Positions 10,401-19,593 of a DNA stretch of 20,000 nt are shown here, piece by piece. The notes below the pieces were generated by a model that did not search any database, was not told where the DNA came from, and saw nothing but the letters and a program-made list of their open reading frames with translations. Source of the DNA: Vicugna vicugna (lineage: Eukaryota); contig MU058103.1 of NCBI GenBank assembly GCA_013265495.1, positions 731,520 to 751,519 of the forward strand, given 5' to 3'. Each line of letters starts with the position of its first letter. The stretch's first letter is position 1. The position numbers were made by a program, and so were the translations under genes.

Positions 10401-10859
10401 ACAATAATGTGTTCCCTTTCTTCTGTGTAGGTCAACTTCCTGTATATGTAACTCCAACAGCATTCACAGAGGTCTTTTTGCATCTTCCCACCTATTCCCA
10501 AATGTAAGGGTTCTCCCTACAACGTGCCTTGTTGTTTGCACTACTCCCTTCCTAAATTACTGAGAAATGCTGTTTTGCCCTTCTAATACTGATGATCTTA
10601 TTATAAATGCCAATGGCTAGATCTAATTTTGAAAGAAATGAGAAAGTAAGAGAGGCCTTAGGCAACCTAAGACAAGACAGATTAGCTTGGGCCTCTGGTA
10701 AATCAAAAAGGAGCACAGACTCAGGATGAATGCACTGAAGTTACTTTGGTAACTGCATTATTTGAACTTCCCTGCACATCTATTATTTAGAAGAGTGAGA
10801 GGAAATTACTTTTAATAGAACTAACAGAATCCATAAAATTTTTAAATTTGAGAAAAATC

Positions 10860-11860
10860 ACAATATATTATAAATTAAGAACATCTACTTATTAAGAGAA
10901 TAAAACAAGGAAACTTACAGTGTAGAAAAGATATCTGCACTACATACATCTACCTGACAAAGGACTTGTACCCAGAATATGTAAAGAACTTCCATAAATC
11001 AATAGGAAAAGGTAGGTAACCCAGTGGGAAAATGGGCAAAGGACTTGGATACTTCACAAAAAAGGGTATCCAAATGGCTATTGAAATGCTTTTTTTTAAA
11101 TGTTTAGTTTCATCAGTCATCAGGGAATGTAAATTAAAAACATAATGCTATATTACTACATACCCCTCAAAATAACTAAGATGACCAAGATGGAAAATAA
11201 CACAGGTTGGCAAGGATGTGGATGAACAAGAACTCTTGTACATTGCTGGTGGGAATATAATTTGGTATTGCCATTTGGAGACTCTTTGACAATACATACT
11301 GAAGCTGAACATATGTATAACCTCAGCAGTTTACTCGTGGGTATATACTCAACAGAATGCCCACATGTTGTTACCAGAATCCACGTACGAGAATGTTATC
11401 ACAACTCTGTCCGAAACAGCCTCTAATTGGAAACTACACAAATGTCAGCCAACAATAAAAGGGATAAATTCGCTGTGGCATATTCACACAATGGAACGCT
11501 ATAAAGTAATGAGAATTGGGTAATCTACAACTAGTATATTCACAAATACACAGGACTCTCACAAAATTAATGTTGAGGGGAAATTCAGACAAAATAGAGT
11601 ACATACTGTAACAGTTCATTTTATAGTCAATTTAAAGCAGGCAAACCTAATATATATCATTGGCATTCAGAAACGTAGTTACTCCGGAGTGAGGAGAAGG
11701 ATAGTGACTAGCTGGAAACACAAAGGGTTTCTGGGGCTCTGGTGACACTCTGTGTCTTGATTTGGGTATAATTACATGTGTGTTTAGTTGTAAAAATATA
11801 TCAAACTGTACACTTGTGATATATAAGCAAACGATTCCAGTTGAAACATTTATTTTAAAA
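10860..11860 (+). mobile_element. Ancient L1 (L1ME-like) ORF2 end plus 3'UTR
   Basis: CTGACAAAGGACTTGTACCCAGAATATGTAAAGAACT (DKGLVPRICKE), AAATGGGCAAAGGACTTG, GTTGGCAAGGATGTGG and CATTGCTGGTGGGAAT are decayed ORF2 C-terminal motifs, followed by an L1ME-type 3'UTR. Confidence 0.88.
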
Positions 11861-11999
11861 ATGTTGCAGTACAAATTCTTTTCAATTTTAGGTCCAGGCT
11901 AGGGTGAAATATTTCTCAGTCCAGGGAGAACCTATATGAGGTTGCATAGAATTGAAGCCTTTGCATAGGTGTGCATGGGCTACTGTGTAGGTAACATTA

Positions 12000-12195
12000 A
12001 CTGGGAGCTGTTCCAGACAGTGTCCTGAGAACTTGACATGCACTGTGTCATGTAATCTGCACAACAATCTCAATAGGTAGAAATTAGTATCTCCATTTTA
12101 CAAAAAAAGAAATTGACTCGATTTGCAGTAGACTCAGACTCATACCCTTATCAGCTTGATTTCAGAACTTGACCTCTTAGCTATCATGTTATAGT
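12000..12195 (-). mobile_element. MIR SINE
   Basis: TAATCTGCACAACAATCTCAATAGGTAG...ATCTCCATTTTACAAAAAAAGAAATTGA is the antisense MIR core. Confidence 0.75.
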
Positions 12196-12534
12196 CTTTA
12201 TTATTTTTTGTGACTCTCTTTATTAGATTGAATTCCTTTCCCTACAGAGGAATATTTTAAAGGGCAATTACTGGCTGGCAGTGACCTGTGGGACTCTCTG
12301 CACAACCTAGCCTCCCCTCAATCTAGAATTCCAATATGGGATTTGTGAACCAAGTTACTCGGTGTGCCTAGAATAAAGATTTGCTCATAACACCTCTGCA
12401 CCCTCTGCAGAGCAGCTAGGAATGAATGCCTTGTGGGATATGCATTTGGAGAAGAGTCTCAATGAGGCTGGCAATAGATGAGCCTAGACTTAATGAGAAA
12501 AGACTTAACTCTACTTGCATATTGTCATCATCAA

Positions 12535-12616
12535 GTTGTGTGATACTAGATATGATATTTGTGTATTCTAGCCTCAGATTTTGAGGTTGTAAAATGGGAA
12601 AAATAATTACTTCTCT
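12535..12616 (+). mobile_element. MIR core fragment
   Basis: AGCCTCAGATTTT...TGTAAAATGGGAAAAATAAT. Confidence 0.55.
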
Positions 12617-12699
12617 GATTCCCAAAGTGTAGTTTTCTCTCCTTCCACTCCTTTATCTTTTTGTTTTTGCTTCCTTTTCTTCCTTTTTTTTAAAAATGC

Positions 12700-12846
12700 A
12701 ATATGCAACATACTACTCAGTCATTCTTACATATGCTATTTTAGTTTATTATCACAGTAATCTAAGCATTATGTATTTCTACCCCACTTTTCTAAGGAGA
12801 AATTGAGGCTTCGAGAGATTAAGTAGTTTAAGTTTATACAACTGTA
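12700..12846 (-). mobile_element. MIR SINE fragment
   Basis: CCCCACTTTTCTAAGGAGAAATTGAGGCTTCGAGAGATTAAGTA. Confidence 0.7.
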
Positions 12847-12976
12847 CCATTTCCCCTCCATTGCTTATTGTCGCTGAGCCTCAGCTATAAATTGGAAATA
12901 ATTGTAATGTTCTATCTGATAGGTAGGGTAGTTATTATCTGTTTGTTTATTGTCATTTTTGTGCTTTTGTTTAATT

Positions 12977-13150
12977 TTAATATTTACTGGGCATCAGCTA
13001 TATATAAAGCAGTCCACTAAAAACTTTCAAATATATATCATCTCACAAATCATCCTCATAACAATCTGAGATGGAAATTGTTATACCCATTTTACAGATG
13101 AGGAAACTAAGTCTCAAAGAGACCCAGTCATTCAGCTAGTGTGAAGTTAG
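12977..13150 (-). mobile_element. MIR SINE
   Basis: ATCCTCATAACAATCTGAGATGG...CCCATTTTACAGATGAGGAAACTAAGTCTCAAAGAG is a near-consensus antisense core. Confidence 0.88.
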
Positions 13151-13932
13151 TGAGATACCGGCTGGACAAGGATGTCAGATCTAATTGTCCTCCCAGCCCT
13201 TCGACCCTCCCCTGAATCTCCTCAATAAAATGGTTTGATTTCTGCCACCCCCCAAAAAAAGATCCCTAGTCATTTTCTCAAGCCCATCAAACTAGACTCC
13301 GAGTGTATCTTACTCCAATATGCAGGGTCTACTCACATCTATAGTTCAGAGAATTAAAAACTGTTAATTTACAAAATAATCACCTAAACAATAGTGTAAA
13401 GGAGAAATTTAATTTTGAAAAAAATTAAAGGAGTTTTGTAACCAAAACCAATGCCATTAACTTCTTTATTTTTTACCATAATTTGAAATTAAATCGTTCT
13501 CTTCAATAGCTTATTCTTTATTTATTAAAAAGAAATATCAGTTAACTTTCCAATGGGACTGAACACTAAGGAACAAGGAAGGGAAACCTACTATTTGTTC
13601 CTTAAGGATAGGCTTGGGTTAGGTGGGGAATGAAGGTTGAACTGGTGGAAGTTGGGAGACGGGCTAGGAAAGAAAATACAGTTAAAGACCTTGTATTATG
13701 ACTGAGTTAAGCACTAAAGTGGGGCCTCCAAACCAGGGGAGAAGTGAATTCCCATGTGTTGATTCTTGAATATGATAGGAAATAGTCAAGTGGAGAAGGG
13801 GAATTAGGGTTTCCAGAGGGTGGAAATAGCTTATGGAAAAACTGCGAACCTGACAAATCCCAGTGAGTTCTAAGAGGGGCAGTAGTTCCAAGTATTTGTA
13901 CTGAAATCATGGTGAGCAGCAGGAGGCCATGG

Positions 13933-14046
13933 CAGGGCCATGTGCTTTGAGATGTGAAGCTTATAAAAGCTGAGAAGCACTCTTTCAGGAAAACAGACAG
14001 TCGGTAAGATAGTGCTTGTTTATTTAGAATGAGAAAAGAAATCACA
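13933..14046. mobile_element. Terminal fragment of a hAT-Tip100 DNA transposon (Arthur1/MER69-like)
   Basis: CAGGG start, TGAAGCTTATA, CTCTTTCAGGAAAA and TTTATTTAGAATGAGAAAAGAAATCACA are collinear with the recalled consensus. Family name tentative. Confidence 0.55.
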
Positions 14047-14149
14047 GAATAGAGCTAGGTCCTGGGAGATTTATGTCCCTTTCTTCCTGAATCAGAAATG
14101 CTTATATAGCCTGACCTACTCAGAGAAACACTTAAAAGATGTATGGGGA

Positions 14150-14505
14150 TGCTAGTCATGAAGACTAAGTTGCCATATTGTGAAGAGGGCTGTATAATAA
14201 GGAACTATGAACAATTTCTAGGAACTCAGAGCTGACAGCCAGCATGAAAATGGTGACTTCAGCCATACAGTGGTAAAAATTAAATTCTGCCAATAACCTG
14301 TGAGTTCGATATGGACCTCAAGCTCCAGAAGGGAACGTAGCCTGACTGATATCTTTACTGAAGTTTTGTGTGATGCTGGGCAAAGGACCCAAAGGAGCCA
14401 TGCCTGGACTCCTGGCCCATAGAAACTGTAAAATAATAAATATGTGTTGCTTTAAATTGTTAGGTTTGTGGTAATTTGTTACACAACATCAGGAAAACCA
14501 AAGCA
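14150..14505 (+). mobile_element. ERVL-MaLR LTR (MLT1E/F-like), 3' portion
   Basis: AGCTGACAGCCAGCA, AATTCTGCCAATAACCTG and AGAAACTGTAAAATAATAAATATGTGTTGCTTTAA...GTTTGTGGTAATTTGTTACACAAC are MLT1 hallmarks. Ends in CA at 14505. Confidence 0.9.
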
Positions 14506-14627
14506 AGGAAAGTTGGTTATGCCGCACTTTGAAATTCATAGTGCTGTAGAGATTGACTGATACTATAAAAGCATTACAACCAAAAATGATTTCACCTACC
14601 AGTTTGTGACACTTTCAGATGTCTCTG

Positions 14628-14800
14628 TGGGGTGTAATGTAAGGGCAACTGTTCTAATCTCAAATACTGGTGCCAGTTTACTGGGTGACCCTGGGTTCCT
14701 CACTCTCTTCTTTGGGTTTGTGCATTCTTGTCTACATAGTGAGGAGATGGGGTAACTTGATCTTCAAGGATTTTCCTGCTCTGACAATTTTATGAAATTC
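14628..14800 (+). mobile_element. MIR3/MIRc-like SINE
   Basis: CTGGGTGACCCTGGG core and TGATCTTCAAGGATTTTCCTGCTCTGACAATTTTATGA, an MIR3-type tail. Confidence 0.65.
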
Positions 14801-15573
14801 TCAGATGTTTTATTAGATGACAATCTCCGTGAAAGTCAGTAGCTCCTCTGCACTTTTGTGTAGGTTCCATGAGTTTAGTCAGCCAGTTTTCTTTGCATTT
14901 CAAAGTGGACTGGATTCTGTATTAAAATTCCCTTCCCACAAAATATAATTATACAAAAGCACAAATGATTCATTCTCAGAAAGGGTGTATTCACTTAGAC
15001 TCACCACACCTAAAACAAGAATCTTTTTGACTGGAGAGTTTTCATTTAGAACTTGCTGATTCAATAGAAAAAAATCAAATTATTATCCACTGTTAATTTT
15101 AAATTAACTCAATGGATTTAATTAACACCTCTTCAAACAGAAAAAAAAAAAAACAAGGATACTTTCCACTTAAGGCAATGAAGACCACTTAAAAGAATTT
15201 TATAAATCAAATTTAAACCCTGTATCCATTCAAACTCTTTCACAATTAAGAATATTCAAGGTAAAGATGTATATAAAGCAATTAGCAGCTCTGGGGAATG
15301 GGTGGGTGAGGGATACTATGCAAGACTTGATTAAATGTTGAAGTGAAGCTGAGGCTTTGCATAGTGTAGAAGAGGAACCCAGTCCCTTAGGTATATGTTA
15401 AAACAAGAAGGAAAACTATAAAACCTGTGCACTCACTAAAGACCGTTCAGTCTGTTGGTGCACGTGATAAAGCTGCTCAAATATTAGATTCCAAAGTCTT
15501 TGTGATGGGAAAATAACACAGTGCTGGGTCAATAGGCCCAGCAGATAGTTTGCTAGATGGTCCCGGGTGAGGT

Positions 15574-15988
15574 TGTTATGGAAACGACAAGCCAGCCAAG
15601 AAACAAGCACCACTCAGAGGGTTGGAGTACTCAGATTACGCTGGCGGGCTCAGAGGGGCTTCTGCTCCCAAACTCTGAGCACCTCCAAGACGTGCACATG
15701 AGGTTTTATAGGGTAAAGTACAAGCTTGGGGTATTCGGCCAATAGACATGGAACAGCTTTAGCAGCATCATTATCACAAAAGTGGAGGCGGGGAGGCAGC
15801 AAACCAACATTCCAAAGCCAGATATGTCTCTTTGAAAATCCAGCTGGCTAGCAAAAAAAAAAACCATGAACAGCAAACCAACACTAATTAACTTAGATTT
15901 ACGAGTTAGTCCAGCAGAACTCAGATCAGTATTCCAATACTTAGACTTGTGAGTTATCTTGTTAGTCCAGCCCGGCTTTTCCTACACA
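15574..15988 (-). mobile_element. Solo LTR of an endogenous retrovirus (ERV1-class-like), 415 bp
   Basis: Minus strand begins TGTGTAGGAAA and ends TTTCCATAACA (TG...CA, imperfect inverted ends). 4-bp TSD AGGT at 15570-15573 and 15989-15992. TATAAAA at 15710-15704, U3 direct repeats, several retained CpGs. Confidence 0.9.
15680..15800 (-). promoter_or_regulatory. Putative LTR core promoter (GC box, CCAAT, TATA), pointing leftward
   Basis: GAGGCGGGGAGG at 15785-15796, CCAAT at 15739-15743 (+ strand) and TATAAAA on - at 15710-15704. Motifs only; activity not shown. Confidence 0.55.
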
Positions 15989-16058
15989 AGGTCACTTGAC
16001 TTCTTTGGGCTTTGTTTCCCTTATATTAACCAAAAATGATGTGTTATTTACATTAAAT

Positions 16059-16358
16059 TAGCATTTCCCAAAACATATTACAAGAACCACGTGTTTATTG
16101 GGCTCTTGATAAGTGTTGAAATACAGAGACCATTTTTAATGGCCAAATATGTTTTAGGAAAAGCTGAGGATTAAATGGATTTAATTTTTGGTCTTTTAAA
16201 TGTAGGATTTTTGAAAGTCTTTTCTAGGCTGTTGAGCATGGAGAGCCACATGTAAACCTCCCAGGTGATTACCCTATCAGCTTATTTGATAAAAGGATCC
16301 CCTGTTCTTAGACAATATCTGGGAACTGTGTTAAGCAGGACACTTGTTGGAAAGCAGC
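16059..16358. mobile_element. hAT-Charlie MITE (MER103-like)
   Basis: Left end AGCATTTCCCAAAA; internal GGCCAAATATGTTTTAGGAAAAGCTG, TGTAGGATTTTTGAAAGTCTTT and CTTATTTGA; right end GTTGGAAAGCAG. Collinear with the recalled consensus; name tentative. Confidence 0.6.
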
Positions 16359-16796
16359 CACTGAGGTGATCTGTAAAGACCTTGACAGCTTAACATCCTT
16401 TGAATCTTGATCAGTTTGTCTGCACTTTAGTTCTAGGTACACTCACGAGCTAGAAAGGATGTTAATATGCATAGCACTTTTGACAGTAATTTACTAAGTC
16501 TTTTTGATGAAGTCAAACATTTAATTAAATATTCATTAGTTTCAAACCTGAGCCTTGTTACCTGTGACTCTATTTCAAGCATGTATTCAGGGAACTTCCC
16601 TTTTTACATTCTCTTTATAGTTTCAGATGTACACACTCACTTATACCCCAAAAGTTTAAATTATTAAGTCAGAAAACAAATGCCTTCCAGAACATTTTGT
16701 TTCCATTTGTTCTTTCTCTGTTCTTCCCTACTTCAGGTAGTCCCAAGGTGGAATTAAACTTCACACAATAAATAGTAGCACAATGTGTAGAAAGGA

Positions 16797-16990
16797 AAGA
16801 CATTATGGTACCTTGGTAAGAGAAAGGGCTTCAGAATGGAATGACCTGGGAGTTCAACTCTTAGCTGCATCACAATACCTGTGTGACCTTGGGCAGGTTA
16901 TTCAAACACTTAAGGGTGCTTTATCTTTGTCTTCAACTATTGTTGGGGTAACCAAGCCTCATATTTACTATGATTAAAATTCATGAATTA
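16797..16990 (+). mobile_element. MIR SINE
   Basis: GACCTGGGAGTTCAACTC (B box) and CTGTGTGACCTTGGGCAGGTTATT. Confidence 0.75.
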
Positions 16991-17309
16991 ACTAAGCATT
17001 GCTTCTCCATTTCCTGTAACAGATCTAATGTTTCTAAGGTGAACTCCTCACACCAGTGGGTAGTATGACAGCTTAAGCTTGTTAATTAAACACTCCTGAG
17101 TCTCTTCAGGTTTAAACAGTCTCCTTTCCTTAGAATAGTCACCTTCACTTTTTGTAAAAATCCATGTTTCAGAGTTCTCTGTCCCTTTTTTCCTTCATCA
17201 GAATGGTAATGGGGTCTTTGATAAAGTTCTATAAATAAAACCCTCCCTCACCCCTCAATGTTTGAACCAGTTGAGAAATAAAGCAAAGGAGTAAATGATG
17301 GCCAAAATG

Positions 17310-17690
17310 CCACATTTCTTTGAATCCAAGAAAATGCACCATTATTTTAAGATATAATATTTTATATATTTTGAAAGATAAAAAAACACTGCTAATTAAT
17401 ATTTGATAATATGCTTTCTTGTTATTTATAATTTCTAGTTTACACATATAAAAGGAAATGTAATCATAATTGATCATCTATTTTTGCCATGCTTCAGTCC
17501 TTTGCAAACATAAAAAGGAAAATATGAACCAACTAAACTGATGAAGGTTTTCCTAAAGCTTCTTTGTATTCTGAGGTTGAGTTTTTTTATTCACATGGGT
17601 CAGTTGTCAGCTTTTTCCACACAGTATTGCCCTCTGCCCTATCAGAGGTCTTGGTGATACTCCATTCTTAAAATAGTCCACTAAACAAAA
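17310..17690 (-). mobile_element. Kanga1-like TcMar-Tc2 DNA transposon end with decayed transposase C-terminus
   Basis: CCACATTTCTTTGAATCCAAGA (TIR-like), ATGCACCATTATTTTA, ACATAAAAAGGAAAATAT and AAGGTTTTCCTAAAGCTTCTT match recalled Kanga1. Minus strand ~17681-17614 reads VDYFKNG/ITKTSDRAEGNTVWK (one frameshift), similar to the pogo/Tc2-type FKKCCITNALDGTEDD motif. Confidence 0.75.
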
Positions 17691-18031
17691 AATCTGGAGG
17701 CCATTGGTCCTGGGCTTTTAAGCTGGCTTTTCAATGAAGTGAAACTAGCCTACTTCTTTAACTCATACTTCATTGACCTTTCACTGTCTTTTCTCATACC
17801 TATACGTCCCCACTATTCGAAGGAGTTAGATTTCAACCTTTTCTTCCTTTTGTGTTGGAATATCCCTCTTCCTCTTTATCCTCACCTTTCTCCAGGTCTG
17901 TAATGGCCAGATAATATGATTTGAGTGTAACAGTATGATTTGTGGTTCAAATTAGGATCACTTTGGGTGTGCGAGGGGTCACTATTCATAATTACATTGG
18001 GAAGCGGGCATAAAGCAGAACCAATCGGGCA

Positions 18032-18455
18032 TGGTGAAGATTGTGGTATGCCCCCCTTATCCCCCTTCAGGAAGAGGGACTCAACTGAGGGGTGTCAACT
18101 TCCCTAAAATCACGTCCTTTTCTAGAGCAGCCCTCATCCCGATGACCGGTCCAGTGTGTGTGTGTATGTGTACGTGCGCGTTGATGGAGAGAGAGTATAA
18201 AGGCTTGGCCTCTTCAGCTCTACTCAGGACTATTCTGTAGAGTCATCTGAATGTTTAATTAGCAAGCTACAGGATGGCTGGGACCTGCCCTGAGCCTGCA
18301 TTGCAACTCCACCTTTCCTTCTGTTCCATGCTGCTCTTCCCTTTCCCTCCCACAGGTGGAAATTCCTGGGGCACTTCCTAACCTACATCCTTCACTCTAA
18401 TGTCCATCCTTCATCTCTGACTCTGCTGCTCTGCCGTGGAAAGCTACCTGAAACA
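18032..18455 (+). mobile_element. ERVL LTR16-family solo LTR (old)
   Basis: ATCCCCCTTCAGGAA, GCAGCCCTCATCCCGATGACCGGTC, GTATAAAGGCTTGGCC, CTGCATTGCAACTC, CCCACAGGTG and terminal ACCTGAAACA are collinear with the recalled LTR16 consensus. Confidence 0.8.
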
Positions 18456-19059
18456 CTAGGCAAACAGAGATATATGGTCAGCCACTTGTAGGGGACAGTG
18501 ACAGACAACATATAGGTATTTTACAGCATATAAATTACACCTCAAAAAGCCTAACTACACACACAAGTATGCACACAGACACATAGGCATAATGTTTGCA
18601 AAGTACTGCAAAAGGAAAATTTGAAAAGTATCATTATTACTTTGTGATGTTGGGTACAACCTAACCTCACCTAAAAACTGAAGAGAAAATGAGAGGGTCA
18701 ATGTGAAGAGCCTGAGAGCAGGTCTGACACCCAATAATTTAAGAAGGCTTTTTTCCTTTCCCTTTCCATGTTCTTCCTCAAAATGAGAATTTTATTCTTC
18801 ACAAAAAAATGTAACTTATTCTTCACAACCCTGTTTCAAATATCCAGAAACCTCATTATAGCATGCTTGATTACAGAATAGGATCTAGACCACACCCAAG
18901 CATTAATTACTAACATACTAACAGAACCTCATTCGTTATATTGCATCATGTGAAAGGCAGATTTATTGCAAGAACCCTAACTCCAACAAAATGTTACAGT
19001 GAGGATCCCACCTACTATGAAAGCAGCACCTGCTGTTGTTAAACAAATTGCCATCCCCG

Positions 19060-19310
19060 TTCATTTATCTAATACACATTTATTTATTGGGTGTCTGCCA
19101 TGAGGGCACTGCTTGTTCAAGGTATAGAAATTAATATGATTTTTTTCTTGCCATCTAAAAAAAGACTTTGCTTAGGAGTGAAAATAGATATATAACTGAA
19201 CAACTTTATTAACGCCAAATATTTTAATAGAGGCACCCCGGATACGGTGGGAGTTAGTGAAATTAACCAGGCCAAGAATAAGCAAGGAAATCTTCTGAGA
19301 TGAGATGACA
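19060..19310 (-). mobile_element. L2 3' end
   Basis: TTCATTTATCTAATACACATTTATTTATTGGGTGTCTGCCATG...GGCACT is an antisense L2 tail. Interrupted on the right by a young L1. Confidence 0.6.
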
Positions 19311-19315
19311 ACAGA

Positions 19316-19593
19316 TTTTTTTTAACATTTTTTATTGATTTATAATCATTTTACAATGTTGTGTCAAATTCCAGTGTTCAGCACAATTTTTCAGTCATTC
19401 ATGGACATATACACACTCATTGTCACATTTTTTTCTCTGTGAGTTATCATAACATTTTGTGTATATTTCCCTGTGCTATACAGTGTAATCTTGTTTATCT
19501 ATTCTACAATTTTGAAATCCCAGTCTATCCCTTCCCACCCTCCACCCCCCTGGTAACCACAAGTCTGTATTCTCTCTCTGTGAGTCTATTTCT
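19316..19593 (-). mobile_element. Young L1 3'UTR, copy 1
   Basis: T-tract at 19316-19323, then the reverse complement of the L1 3'UTR seen at ~3700-3958. Ends abruptly at GAGTCTATTTCT. Confidence 0.95.

Larger units (their letters stand above)
15520..16410 (+). mobile_element. MIR3-like SINE split into three pieces (~15520-15573, ~15989-16045, ~16360-16410)
   Basis: Removing the LTR joins GGTCCCGGGTGAGGT to CACTTGACTTCTTTGGGCTTTGTTTCCC (MIR core-like). The tail GGTGATCTGTAAAGACCTTGACAGCTTAACATCC follows the MITE. Confidence 0.55.

Noticed and set aside
13707..14045. 112-aa minus-strand ORF
   Set aside because: Non-ATG start, overlap with a DNA transposon fragment, and no recognisable domain.
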